From: Niastella sp.
GTDB lineage: Bacteria > Bacteroidota > Bacteroidia > Chitinophagales > Chitinophagaceae
DNA length: 64,000 bases
Direction of reading: 5' to 3'
Assembly (NCBI GenBank): GCA_016710595.1
Contig: JADJVM010000005.1
Coordinates: forward strand, 339,657 to 403,656
The translations under genes and the position numbers were made by a program. Below, piece after piece: positions 35,806 to 45,764 of this stretch (the first letter of the stretch is position 1; each line of letters begins with the position of its first letter). Below the pieces are notes generated by a model that did not search any database, had not been told where the DNA came from, and saw only the letters and a list, made by a program, of their open reading frames with translations.

Positions 35806-35997
35806 GATTTATGATTTATGAATTATTATTTATGATTTGCTTTTAGACTGTCCTGAAATGTTATTCTTGATGAAATAAAAATTGTTGTCAATTCTTTTGA
35901 TTCTTTTAAAAATGAGTTTATCAGTTCTTGCTTAATTAAATTATCTTCTATGATAAATTCTAATCAAAATAAAGATTCATCAACTTCCTCCATTACA

Positions 35998-38900
35998 TCA
36001 CCAAACAAGCTTTTCCATTTTCTTTACAATCACGTGGGTATCTCTTTGAGGTGCTACCGGGCCCCAATAATTAAAATGATAGGAAAATTGGCCATAGCCA
36101 CCATTCAAATAATTTGGTTTAAGATGGATGCGGGTAACACTATTGTGCCCGCCACCCCGCCTGTTTCCTCTTAATTGCGATTTGGGTATGCCAACTGTTC
36201 TTTCCGGCACATGATAAACGATACAAACACCCGGTGGAATTCTTGAACTCACACAGGCCCTTGTTACATATACACCATGATCATTATGTACTTCTACCCA
36301 ATCGTTGTCTTTTATACCCAGCGTTTCAGCATCTATTTCACTAAGCCAGCAAGGTTCGCAACCACGGGACAGCGTTAGCATCCTCAGGTTCTCCATATAA
36401 GTAGAATGGATATGCCATTTACCATGCGGGGTAAGATAATTTAGCGCCAATGCTTCTCCTTTTTTCCAGGTTTCTCTTAAGTCGCCATATACTTCGGGGC
36501 ATGGCGCAGGTTTAAACGTGGGCAGATGTTCGCCATAAGCGATATATAATTCCTGGTCAAGATAAAAATGTTGCCTGCCTGTTAATGTTCGCCAAGGCAC
36601 AAGCCGTTCTACATTGTACGTATAAGCAGCATAGGCTCTACCATCATTCATTAAGCCCGACCATACCGGTGATGTATTGTAGCGGTGTGGCCTTGTAAGT
36701 AAATCGGCATACCGGATCTTCACATCTTTGCTTCCAGCAGAAAGATCAGCAAGAACCAGCCCTGTTTTCTTTTCCATATATTGATAAGCTTTTTCTGTAA
36801 GCTTACCATTGGTTAATGTAGATAGATGAAGTACTGCATTGGCTGCCCATTCATCTTCCTGAATAGAAGGAAGTATTTTATTCTGAAATTCCCGATGATG
36901 AAAATGATGTGAGTGGCACATTTCATCATACTCCTCTTCACAGGCATAATGATTTCCATGTGCGCCCAGCCCGTTGTTCCGAATACCTTCGCCCAGTGTA
37001 ATGAATTTTTCATACAATAAGGTATAATCTCTTTCTACCACGGTAAGTTTATGCATTGATTTACCGGGAACCGCCTCACACTCTCCCTGGTACCAGTCTT
37101 TGATAGTGGGCTGTGTAATTTCATCGGGTGTATCGTGGCTTAGTGGCGTTGCAACAATATCTTTTTGTACCTCAGAAAAATATTTTTTAGAAAGCTCACT
37201 TGTAACCTTTGCTACATTCTTAAAAATATCCCAATCGGTTTTTGATTCCCATACGGGAGCAATAGCCTGGCCAAGCGGATGGATAAATGAATGCATATCG
37301 GTACTGTTCAAATCGGCTTTTTCATACCATGATGCAGCAGGCAAAACAATATCTGAATAAAGAGCCGAGGAGTCCATCCTAAAATTAAGATCTACCACCA
37401 GGTCTAATTTCCCTTCGGGTGCAATATCGTGCCACACCACTTCTTCGGGTTTTTCTTCTGCATCTTTAGCAATCACATTGTTATGTGTGCCGAGGTAATG
37501 CTTTAAGGCATACTCATGCCCTTTCATACTGGCCAGTATGGCATTACCACGCCAGATATACCAAACCCTGGGATAATTTTCTTCAGCTTCAGGATCGCTT
37601 ACTGAATATTTTAATTCTTTGGATTTTAATTTATCCAGAACAAAAGTTTTGATCTCTTCATCTGTATGGGCACCATTTGCAATGGCTTGTTTCGTAAGCT
37701 CCAGTGTATTTTCATTAAACTGCGGATAAAAGGGCATCCAGCCGTTTCTTACGGATGTAAAGATGGTATCAGCTACATGTTTATCTGTCCATTTATTTTC
37801 ATGAACTGTATTGTATTTGGAGTAGAGCCCGTCATAACGATACTGGCAAGTATTGATATAATGCCAAATGGGGGCTTGCTGTAAACGGGAAACCGGTACC
37901 CAGTCTTTAGCAAATGAGATCGCACCCCAGGATTCAACGGGGGCAAGCTTTTCCTGACCTACATAGTGATTGAGTCCACCACCGTTCTTACCCACACAAC
38001 CGGTCATCATGAGCGCCATGGCACCGGCCCGGTAAGTGAGGTTTTGATGATACCAGTGGTTAATGCCGGCTCCGATAATGATCATGCATTTCCCTTTTGT
38101 GGCAATTGCAGTATCGGCCCATTCCCGTGCAAACTGAAGAATTGTTTTTGAATCAATACCAGTAAATATTTCCTGCCAGGCGGGCGTATATGCCTGGTCA
38201 GTATCTGTATAATCTTTGGGGTACTCACCACCCAGGTTCCTGTCAACACCATATTGTGCCATCATTAAATCATACACCGTTGTTACGGGTACTTTACCAT
38301 TTACTGTATCCAACCATTGTACAGGCACTCCCCGGTTTGCTTTTTTTGCCAGCCCAAATTCAGTAAACTCAACAAATAGGGTTTCGTCATTTTTATTTAA
38401 GAAAGTAAGAACCGGGTCAAAACTTTTATCTGTTTCGCCACATTCATATTTCATATTCCATTTGCCGCCATTTTTATCCCAGCGGTATCCCATGGTTCCT
38501 TTGGGAGAAACAAATTCTCCACTTGTTTCATCAATACTTAAAAATTTCCAGTCGCCGTTTTCAATGTCTTTCCATTTTGACAGTTCATTGGCACGTACCA
38601 TCCTGCCCGGTGTATATACATCACCCACTTTATCGAGATGCACCAGCATGGGGCTATCTGTATATTTTTTTACATAATCAATAAAGAAAGGAGTTTGTTT
38701 TTCGTAATGGTATTCTTTAAGAATAATATGAGTTACTGCCATCCATAAAGCGCCGTCACTTCCGGCATGATTGGGTATCCACTGATCGGCATATTTACAT
38801 ACCTGGCTAAAATCGGGTGAGAATACAACGGCTTTTGTACCGTTGTGCCGTGATTCTGCGAAAAAGTGGCAATCGGGGGTACGTGTCATGTTTAGATTTG

Positions 38901-39615
38901 CACCCATATCCGCAATCATTTTTGCATTGTACCAATCTGCACTTTCACATACATCGGTTTGTTCCCCCCATATTTCGGGGAAAGCCGGTGGCAGATCACA
39001 ATACCAATCGTAAAAGCTTAAGTTCACGCCACCGAAAAGTTGTAAAAACCTTGCGCCGGCAGCATAACTGAGCATTGACATCGCAGGGATAGGTGAAAAT
39101 CCGATTACCCTGTCGGGACCATATTTTTTTGCGGTGTAAATATTTGCAACGGCCATTATTTCAAGTGCTTCATCCCAACTTGCCCGCCTGAATCCACCTT
39201 TCCCCCTTGCCTTTTGGTAGCGTTTACGTTTTTCCTCACTATTCTGAATATTTTCCCAGGCTTTCAATGGGTTTCCACCAGCTTTTTCTTTTTCATCTCT
39301 AAAAAAATCCAACAACACACCCCGTATAAGCGGATACTTAATACGCAAAGGGCTATACAGATACCAGGAATAAGAAATACCACGCTGGCAGCCACGGGGC
39401 TCATAAGGTGGCAACTGATCTTCGAGCAGGGGATAATCTAACTGTTGTGTTTCCCAAACTACAATTCCTTCTTTTACGTGTATGGCCCAGGAGCACCCAC
39501 CTGTACAGTTTACACCATGTGTGCTTCGCACAATCCGATCGTGCTGAAAACGGTTACGATAAAACTCTTCCCATTTACGGGTTTTAGGCGATATGATATC
39601 TTCGATCCAACTCAT
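35998..39615 (-). CDS. narG: Respiratory nitrate reductase alpha subunit NarG (no Tat signal; cytoplasm-facing type)
   Basis: FS0 motif [11 protein letters not shown]. 1205-aa Mo-bisPGD enzyme with NarG-specific N-terminus ([20 protein letters not shown]). No twin-arginine motif. Confidence 0.95.
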   Translation of the reverse strand: MSWIEDIISPKTRKWEEFYRNRFQHDRIVRSTHGVNCTGGCSWAIHVKEGIVVWETQQLDYPLLEDQLPPYEPRGCQRGISYSWYLYSPLRIKYPLIRGVLLDFFRDEKEKAGGNPLKAWENIQNSEEKRKRYQKARGKGGFRRASWDEALEIMAVANIYTAKKYGPDRVIGFSPIPAMSMLSYAAGARFLQLFGGVNLSFYDWYCDLPPAFPEIWGEQTDVCESADWYNAKMIADMGANLNMTRTPDCHFFAESRHNGTKAVVFSPDFSQVCKYADQWIPNHAGSDGALWMAVTHIILKEYHYEKQTPFFIDYVKKYTDSPMLVHLDKVGDVYTPGRMVRANELSKWKDIENGDWKFLSIDETSGEFVSPKGTMGYRWDKNGGKWNMKYECGETDKSFDPVLTFLNKNDETLFVEFTEFGLAKKANRGVPVQWLDTVNGKVPVTTVYDLMMAQYGVDRNLGGEYPKDYTDTDQAYTPAWQEIFTGIDSKTILQFAREWADTAIATKGKCMIIIGAGINHWYHQNLTYRAGAMALMMTGCVGKNGGGLNHYVGQEKLAPVESWGAISFAKDWVPVSRLQQAPIWHYINTCQYRYDGLYSKYNTVHENKWTDKHVADTIFTSVRNGWMPFYPQFNENTLELTKQAIANGAHTDEEIKTFVLDKLKSKELKYSVSDPEAEENYPRVWYIWRGNAILASMKGHEYALKHYLGTHNNVIAKDAEEKPEEVVWHDIAPEGKLDLVVDLNFRMDSSALYSDIVLPAASWYEKADLNSTDMHSFIHPLGQAIAPVWESKTDWDIFKNVAKVTSELSKKYFSEVQKDIVATPLSHDTPDEITQPTIKDWYQGECEAVPGKSMHKLTVVERDYTLLYEKFITLGEGIRNNGLGAHGNHYACEEEYDEMCHSHHFHHREFQNKILPSIQEDEWAANAVLHLSTLTNGKLTEKAYQYMEKKTGLVLADLSAGSKDVKIRYADLLTRPHRYNTSPVWSGLMNDGRAYAAYTYNVERLVPWRTLTGRQHFYLDQELYIAYGEHLPTFKPAPCPEVYGDLRETWKKGEALALNYLTPHGKWHIHSTYMENLRMLTLSRGCEPCWLSEIDAETLGIKDNDWVEVHNDHGVYVTRACVSSRIPPGVCIVYHVPERTVGIPKSQLRGNRRGGGHNSVTRIHLKPNYLNGGYGQFSYHFNYWGPVAPQRDTHVIVKKMEKLVW

Positions 39616-39672
39616 AATCTTAATATTTTAATTATTGGAATTCTTTATTAATGACATTCATTTTTAAAACCA

Positions 39673-40206
39673 TCAGGCAGACTTAACATGTTGCCTTTTA
39701 AAAATGGAATAATTTACTGGCCTTTGTTTTCTTCTTATCCAAAAAAATGAGAAAAGGATTAGCAGTACAATTACGCCCACGATACCCCCCGTCATCATAT
39801 CTTTCCCTACCGGGTTTTTGGGAGGAACTGTAGCTGCCATCGTATCTGCACTTTTTAAAAAAGCCAGCAGGTTTGCGATCTCTGCATCAGTTAACGGCCT
39901 GCCTTCATACGATTTTTGCATTTGTGGAAACGGCATACCGGCAATAATTCCTTTAACCCCATCTGCAGTTAATCTTGTAACGGCCTGGGTAAGATCCTTA
40001 GCCAGTCCGCCACCGCTGATAAATCCTTTCATATCTACATTGTGGCAGGAATTACAAGCCGGCCCATTATTGTAAAACCGTACTTTACCTACAAACAAGT
40101 CTTTACCTTTTTGAGCGTCACCGGCGTTTTGTGCCGAAGCTGGGATGCTGGCAAGCATAAGCAGCATCATGCTTATTACAGACAATAGTGAATGCATTTT
40201 CATCAT
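39673..40206 (-). CDS. Mono-haem c-type cytochrome with signal peptide and C-terminal TM anchor
   Basis: Signal peptide ending ASAQ. CNSCH motif with a distal Met (GMPFPQMQ). C-terminal TM GGIVGVIVLLILFSFFWIRRK. Confidence 0.75.
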   Translation of the reverse strand: MMKMHSLLSVISMMLLMLASIPASAQNAGDAQKGKDLFVGKVRFYNNGPACNSCHNVDMKGFISGGGLAKDLTQAVTRLTADGVKGIIAGMPFPQMQKSYEGRPLTDAEIANLLAFLKSADTMAATVPPKNPVGKDMMTGGIVGVIVLLILFSFFWIRRKQRPVNYSIFKRQHVKSA

Positions 40207-40309
40207 GCTTTCATTTTAAAAATTAAAATAACCTATATAGAAAATCATTTAAAACAAATGATCTAACTGCGAATCTGAAAAGAAAATAATGGCAAATGCC
40301 AATATTTAA

Positions 40310-40879
40310 TTAGAAGAACGATTTGTTACTGCTATAATAATCTTTAATAGTCTCCGTTAAGCCTTTGTTTACCCTTGCCAAAAACAAAATAACAAGTAAC
40401 ATGATGAAAATAACAGCTAATAGAATAATATTAGTTGTTGTAAAAAATGATCCGGAAGCTTTTCCAGTCTGTTGGTCTGTTTGTTGAGAGGATACAGCCG
40501 CCACAGTTGCTGTAGGCGCAGTACTTGCTGTATTTATATAAGCGATAATATTTTTTATTACTGCATCGGTAGCGGTAGGCTGATCGGGCATTACCATGTG
40601 ATTAAATGCCTGGAATAATGAATCGGCATACGTATCCCCGCTTTTAATAACGGTTTGTGAAGATTTTACAAATTTCAGTATCCAGGCCTCCGGCCTCCTT
40701 TGCAAAAGGTTTGCAAGATCGGGACCTATTAATTTTCCTTTGCCAATAGTATGGCAGGCAGTACAATTTTGCTTAAAATATGTTTCGCCGGCTACGGCAT
40801 CTTGTGCCACTGCATCAATAGATATGAAGATGAGTATTGATGCCAGGATGATGGAGAATAAATATTTATTCATAAACAA
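40310..40879 (-). CDS. Mono-haem c-type cytochrome with signal peptide and C-terminal TM anchor
   Basis: Signal peptide. CTACH motif with a distal Met (HMVMPDQ). Ala/Thr/Gln-rich linker. C-terminal TM IILLAVIFIMLLVILFLA. Confidence 0.75.
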   Translation of the reverse strand: MFMNKYLFSIILASILIFISIDAVAQDAVAGETYFKQNCTACHTIGKGKLIGPDLANLLQRRPEAWILKFVKSSQTVIKSGDTYADSLFQAFNHMVMPDQPTATDAVIKNIIAYINTASTAPTATVAAVSSQQTDQQTGKASGSFFTTTNIILLAVIFIMLLVILFLARVNKGLTETIKDYYSSNKSFF

Positions 40880-41036
40880 AATCGGTTTTTAATTAAATTT
40901 TGTAACGCTTATCCCAAGTTTTTTGCAGGCGTTCTACAAAAATGTTTTTATGCCCTGGTGAAATACTTTATTAAATATTTCTGGATAAAGTTATCCTTAA
41001 TTATGGATTTACAAAATAATTTTAAAGAAAAAAAAC

Positions 41037-41050
41037 ATGATTAAAATCAT
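41037..41050. promoter_or_regulatory. Crp/Fnr-type palindrome ATGAT-N4-ATCAT upstream of the cytochrome c-nar operon
   Basis: ATGATTAAAATCAT is a perfect palindrome (FNR consensus TTGAT-N4-ATCAA). A -7-like box TTATTTTG lies on the minus strand at 41012-41019. The box centre is about 39 nt upstream of the inferred TSS. Confidence 0.35.
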
Positions 41051-41172
41051 ATTTAAGACATTTATATCCATTTTTATTGTTGCCGGGTTACTTTTGCAAA
41101 GCTTCAAAATTCTTTGTAAGTGGAAAGTTCATGGTAATTCAAAACTTATTTTGAGAATAATAAAATTGTAAA

Positions 41173-41643
41173 ATGAATTTAATGAAAAAGGGCAAACGCC
41201 CAGCGTTATCGCAGGTAAGAAAGACAGAAGTAGTATGCCCCAATGATACAAACCCGATGGGATTATTACAAGGGGGCCGCCTGGTGGAGTGGATGGATAT
41301 TGCGGCTGCCGTATGTGCACAAACTCACGCCGAAAAAATTTGTGTTACCGCTTCTATTAACCATGTAGATTTTAAAAGAGCGGCCAATGTGGGGGATATT
41401 ATTACCATTACTGCCACTATTACCAGGGCCTTTAGCAGTTCAATGGAAATATTTGTACAGTCTTATGCACGAAAAGTATTGGCAGGCAATAAATATCTCA
41501 TTAGCGAAGCCTATTTCAATTTTGTAGCATTGGATCCATACGGGAAAACAACGGTAGTTATGCCTGTATTACCGGTAACGGCTTTAGAAAAAAAGCTTTT
41601 TGAAGATGCATTAAAAAGAAAGAAAAAAAGAAGCCGCCCCTAA
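41173..41643 (+). CDS. Acyl-CoA thioesterase (hotdog fold, YciA/BFIT-like)
   Basis: VCPNDTNPMGLLQGGRLVEWMDIAAAVCAQTHA...TASINHVDFKRAANVGD is a typical hotdog thioesterase pattern. Confidence 0.8.
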   Translation: MNLMKKGKRPALSQVRKTEVVCPNDTNPMGLLQGGRLVEWMDIAAAVCAQTHAEKICVTASINHVDFKRAANVGDIITITATITRAFSSSMEIFVQSYARKVLAGNKYLISEAYFNFVALDPYGKTTVVMPVLPVTALEKKLFEDALKRKKKRSRP

Positions 41644-41858
41644 TTATGAATCAAAAGTCATTTCGCCTGCCGCCTTTAATAGGAGATGCAGTACAACTTA
41701 AATAACTCACTCAGTAAGTTCTTTTTACAACAAAATAAATTCTTAAGGAAGGTACACATCAAATGGGCATAAAAAATATATTCTGTTTAATAATATATTT
41801 TTATTGTTTATCAATAATTATTTATTACTTTTGTTTTCAAATAAAAATTAAACAATGT

Positions 41859-42401
41859 ATGGAAATTAAAGTTGAAACAAAGCAAATTCTTAAAGTATTG
41901 CATGTAATCTCATGGATTATATTCGTTGGTTTATGTATAGAAGCAGGTAGTTTTATATATAATGCCATTTCTACTTATTTTATGAATCCCCGGAATGCCA
42001 GCTATTTTCAATTATCAAACTTGTATGAATATGATAGCGGGTATTTCTACATAGAAATACTATTGATGACGATTGTTGGTGTTTTAAAAGCGATCCTGTT
42101 TTATATCATCGTAAAATTTTTACAGGATAAGAAACTTAATTTTACGCAACCCTTTACCATTGACATGAAGCGGTTTATTTTTAAACTCACATATCTTGCC
42201 CTTGGCATCGGTTTGTTTTGTGCATGGGGTGCAAAATATAGAGAATGGTTCATTCAGCAGGGGGTAAAGATGCCGGATTTACAAACACTTAATATGGGCG
42301 GGGCTGATGTATGGTTGTTTATGGGGGTTACTTTATTTATCATTGCACAAATCTTTAAAAAAGGTATCGAAATTCAATCAGAAAATGAATTAACTGTATA
42401 A
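41859..42401 (+). CDS. DUF2975-like membrane protein
   Basis: 4-TM protein immediately upstream of a YozG-type HTH, the known DUF2975/HTH gene pair. The ATG at 41859 (MEIKVETKQ) is preferred over 41763. Confidence 0.55.
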   Translation: MEIKVETKQILKVLHVISWIIFVGLCIEAGSFIYNAISTYFMNPRNASYFQLSNLYEYDSGYFYIEILLMTIVGVLKAILFYIIVKFLQDKKLNFTQPFTIDMKRFIFKLTYLALGIGLFCAWGAKYREWFIQQGVKMPDLQTLNMGGADVWLFMGVTLFIIAQIFKKGIEIQSENELTV

Positions 42402-42404
42402 GGC

Positions 42405-42632
42405 ATGCCAATAATAGTTAACTTAGATGTGATGATGGCGAGAAGGAAAATGTCATTAAATGAACTCTCAGAAAAAGTGGACCTCACTTTATCGAACCTC
42501 TCTATTTTAAAGACAGGTAAAGCAAAAGCTATTCGCTTTAGTACATTAGATGCTATTTGTAAAGCTTTAGATTGCCAGCCGGGTGATTTATTAGAATTTG
42601 AACATCTCAAAAAAAGAAATCCCGGCAAATAA
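42405..42632 (+). CDS. XRE-family HTH transcriptional regulator (YozG-like)
   Basis: MPIIVNLDVMMARRKMSLNELSEKVDLTLSNLSILKTGKAKAIRFSTLDAICKALDCQPGDLLEF is a canonical YozG-type sequence. Confidence 0.8.
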   Translation: MPIIVNLDVMMARRKMSLNELSEKVDLTLSNLSILKTGKAKAIRFSTLDAICKALDCQPGDLLEFEHLKKRNPGK

Positions 42633-42688
42633 AATTTTAATCGAAGCGATATCTCATTTCAAACTGAATATAAAGTATAAATCATTCA

Positions 42689-43621
42689 ATGAACCTCAAA
42701 CTAAGTTCTTTCTGCATGATGCTTACCACTTTTTTTTGTGGAGCATCTGCCTATGGTCAAAATAGCGACAATTTTGCCGGCCAATACAAAAAAGGAACTT
42801 CGCTTATTATATTAAAACCTAACAAAACATTTTTATTGCTTGATATGGGTACTTTAATTAAAGGCAATATTCACATAGATAGCTCAACAGGAAAATTAAT
42901 CCCTTATAAACCAAAAGATGCATTTGTATTATATGGCAGAACAAATCATTTCATTAAGAAAGGCAATACCATTCATTATAGAGGGCCCAGCGAAGCTCCG
43001 GTACTCATCAATTATAATGATACAAGTAGTTCGCCCAATACATTGAAATCCATTTTTAATCAATACGCCAATTGTATTCCTTTCCCTACCGTAATTCACA
43101 ATCTCCGCAGTAGTCCTAAATTTTATGTTGCCATAAAAGATAGCGAATCGGTATATACATTTAAAAACAATGAAGGCTATAATGATTTTGTTTTATCCTA
43201 TATTGAGCCTTCAACTCCTATTGCCGAACTTTCATTTACAATACTTACTGACGGAGCATCTATCATGATTGAAAATGAAACATTACACAAATTATCAAGC
43301 CCTGCAATTTCTGAAGCTGAAGAGAAAATGTTATTGGGCATGTATGACCGGGATTACCCCGAAACAGACTTTTTTTATTGTAACCCTGCTTATAACAATT
43401 TTGAAGAATCAGGTGTTCATTTATCACAATACAACAAAGTGCAAAATGGCAATGAATATTATTTTTTACATAAATCAATTACAAAAAATGATGACTATGG
43501 CAATCCCAGCATTATTTATGAGTATAAAAAAATAAATGCTATGGTCTTAAAAAATATTCATTATGCAATAGATACGGGTTCGGTATTTCATTTTGAATGT
43601 AAGGATGAAGACGCTAAATAA
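42689..43621 (+). CDS. Hypothetical secreted protein
   Basis: Signal peptide (FFCGASAYGQ). No family recognised. Confidence 0.45.
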   Translation: MNLKLSSFCMMLTTFFCGASAYGQNSDNFAGQYKKGTSLIILKPNKTFLLLDMGTLIKGNIHIDSSTGKLIPYKPKDAFVLYGRTNHFIKKGNTIHYRGPSEAPVLINYNDTSSSPNTLKSIFNQYANCIPFPTVIHNLRSSPKFYVAIKDSESVYTFKNNEGYNDFVLSYIEPSTPIAELSFTILTDGASIMIENETLHKLSSPAISEAEEKMLLGMYDRDYPETDFFYCNPAYNNFEESGVHLSQYNKVQNGNEYYFLHKSITKNDDYGNPSIIYEYKKINAMVLKNIHYAIDTGSVFHFECKDEDAK

Positions 43622-43626
43622 AATCA

Positions 43627-45648
43627 TCAAAACATCATCTTTATTTGTAAATACGCATTCCTGCCCGGCCTGGCTATATTTCCCCAGTCTAAATGTTCGT
43701 GATAATTTTTATCAAAAATATTTTCTATACCGGTTTGTATTTCTATATTTTTTTGAAACAATGTACTATTAAGCCCCAGCCTTACATGCCACAGTGTATA
43801 TGGTTTTGTTTCATCTTCGCCGGAACTTATCCGGATCCTGTTTTGTGCAGCGGCCATTTCAGTTTCTACCTGGTAAAATATTTTGTTTGGTTGATAGCGG
43901 ATAGAGCTTACATTCTTTAATGGTGCGATACCCGGCAGTGGCTCATCTTTATAATCCTGTGCGTATGTATAACGGAGCGTTGAAACAAAATCAAATTTTT
44001 GAAATGGTTTTAAAAAGCAACTGGCTTCTAAACCACTTACAAAAGCGTGTGGAATATTATTATAAGTTTTTACACCATGAGCGCCAATTGTCATGGTGCT
44101 TACATTGTTATTTGTTATTGATGATATAAAATGACTTATGCGGCTATAAAATAAACTAAGCTGTACTTTGTTTCTGGCGGGGTTATAGCTGGCTGAAATT
44201 TCAGCCTGCAACGATTCTTCGGGTTGCAGTTGCGGGTTACCAATATAATCGTATCCATCATTGCTATTAAAAAGATAAAATCCATATCGTTCACTTGCAG
44301 TAGGAACCCTTTCAGTATAAGCGATGCTGGCATTTGCTTTTATGGTACTGCTTATTTTTTTTGTGAATTGTACGGATCCATTTTTCAATACATTATTCTT
44401 TGATGCATGTTGAAAGCCAAAAATACCTACCTGGCTTTTTGCTTCTTCGGTAGTTAAAGTGGCCCGGATGAAATCTATCCTTACATTCAGTTGCCATTTG
44501 GTAGTACTATCTTTTTGCAATACCCAGGAGGACGAAAGCCCGAATTGATTTTTCTTATTATCGGGCCAGGTAAGCATATACATTGGCAACTGCCCCGGTT
44601 GATACATCGTCATAGAGGCTTTTAAAAATGTAGAAGAAGCATCTGCCCTCAGCATCATACTTTGTTTTTTATTTATAATAATTTCAGCTTCAGAATACAA
44701 ACCGATCGTTTTGCTTTCGCCGGGCATATCCATGTGCATGGGTACATCTGGCCGATGTGTATCATCCATATAATGATGTACCTGGTTAGCATATCCCTTT
44801 AATTGAAATTTAGCAAGATGTTTTTGCCTGTTTTCATGAACAAAACTTAGGGAACCAATTCTGGCCCCGGCATACCCCACATCCATCGGTAAGGCCGGGT
44901 ATCCAATATTCCATCCATCGTCCATCAATACATCTGCACGGATAAAATTATAAGCGCCTTGTAAATATTTTACAGATAAAGAATAATTTATTTTTTCGTA
45001 TTGCGAGAAATTTATTTTTTCTCCACCACCGCTCCTATAGTTGCTATTATGGCGATAGGTAGCGCTCGCCCGCATGGCCCACTTGCCTGTAGCATAATTC
45101 AGGCGTATTGATTCGTAAAAACTCTTAGCTGCCGTTTGGTATCCGCTGCTAATAATACCGGTAACTTTTTTATTATTCAGGTAATCGGGTTCAGCAATTT
45201 TCATATTTATGGTGCCGCCAATGGATGAACCGCTTGAAAACCCATTGGATGCAGTTTGAAGTTCCAGTGTTTCCAGGTTGATGGGTTCTATATAAATGGT
45301 AACGGGGTCCATCTTGTCAGTACAGGCACCATGGATGCGCATCCCATCAACCAAAACATTTATTTGTCCTCCATTAAAGGAACGTATGGCAGGATCCATG
45401 CCATAAGCGCCACGCCGGGTTAAAGAAAGCTCGGGCAACCTGCTTAAAATATCTTCAAGCGTTGAAGCATTGTTTGCTTTAAAAAAGTTAACCAGCCTGC
45501 GTTGTGGTACATTTTGTTTGGTTATTAAGGTTACCTCATCTAAATTAATTACCCGGTTACTGTCTTTTACTAAGTTGGTGTTTTTATTTTGTGCCTGGCA
45601 ATTTATTACAATCAGTAATAAAATAACAATATGGCTTAGTCTTTTCAT
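43627..45648 (-). CDS. TonB-dependent receptor, OprC/NosA-like (putative copper receptor)
   Basis: Signal peptide, plug domain (LDEVTLIT..., DGMRIHG), 22-strand-type barrel and a C-terminal aromatic residue (IKMMF). CxxxM (C109-M113, GACTDKMDP) and HxM (H292-Y-M294), followed by a Met/His run (VPMHMDMPG). Confidence 0.8.
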   Translation of the reverse strand: MKRLSHIVILLLIVINCQAQNKNTNLVKDSNRVINLDEVTLITKQNVPQRRLVNFFKANNASTLEDILSRLPELSLTRRGAYGMDPAIRSFNGGQINVLVDGMRIHGACTDKMDPVTIYIEPINLETLELQTASNGFSSGSSIGGTINMKIAEPDYLNNKKVTGIISSGYQTAAKSFYESIRLNYATGKWAMRASATYRHNSNYRSGGGEKINFSQYEKINYSLSVKYLQGAYNFIRADVLMDDGWNIGYPALPMDVGYAGARIGSLSFVHENRQKHLAKFQLKGYANQVHHYMDDTHRPDVPMHMDMPGESKTIGLYSEAEIIINKKQSMMLRADASSTFLKASMTMYQPGQLPMYMLTWPDNKKNQFGLSSSWVLQKDSTTKWQLNVRIDFIRATLTTEEAKSQVGIFGFQHASKNNVLKNGSVQFTKKISSTIKANASIAYTERVPTASERYGFYLFNSNDGYDYIGNPQLQPEESLQAEISASYNPARNKVQLSLFYSRISHFISSITNNNVSTMTIGAHGVKTYNNIPHAFVSGLEASCFLKPFQKFDFVSTLRYTYAQDYKDEPLPGIAPLKNVSSIRYQPNKIFYQVETEMAAAQNRIRISSGEDETKPYTLWHVRLGLNSTLFQKNIEIQTGIENIFDKNYHEHLDWGNIARPGRNAYLQIKMMF

Positions 45649-45764
45649 CTTTAAAAAATTAAATGCTTCCTGATAAATAAATTAAAACGGAAATATTACA
45701 AAGCAGTGGTTATTTCACAAAGCTTATTTGTAAAATAAACGCTATGAAATAACCAGCCTGGTTG

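Noticed and set aside
38216-38677. A 153-aa plus-strand ORF, together with other plus-strand ORFs within 36.8-39.7 kb.
   Set aside because: They are antisense to narG, whose frame is unambiguous.
39500-39615. A Tat signal or periplasmic orientation of NarG, considered because c-type cytochromes are co-encoded.
   Set aside because: The N-terminus [27 protein letters not shown] has no twin-arginine motif or hydrophobic h-region, and NarI is present. This is the standard cytoplasm-facing Nar.
40234-40258. The inverted repeat ATCATTT-N5-AAATGAT between the two cytochrome c genes, considered as another Crp/Fnr site.
   Set aside because: The half-site orientation is reversed (ATCA...TGAT) and the spacing is wrong for an FNR box. 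It is more likely a weak AT-rich hairpin.
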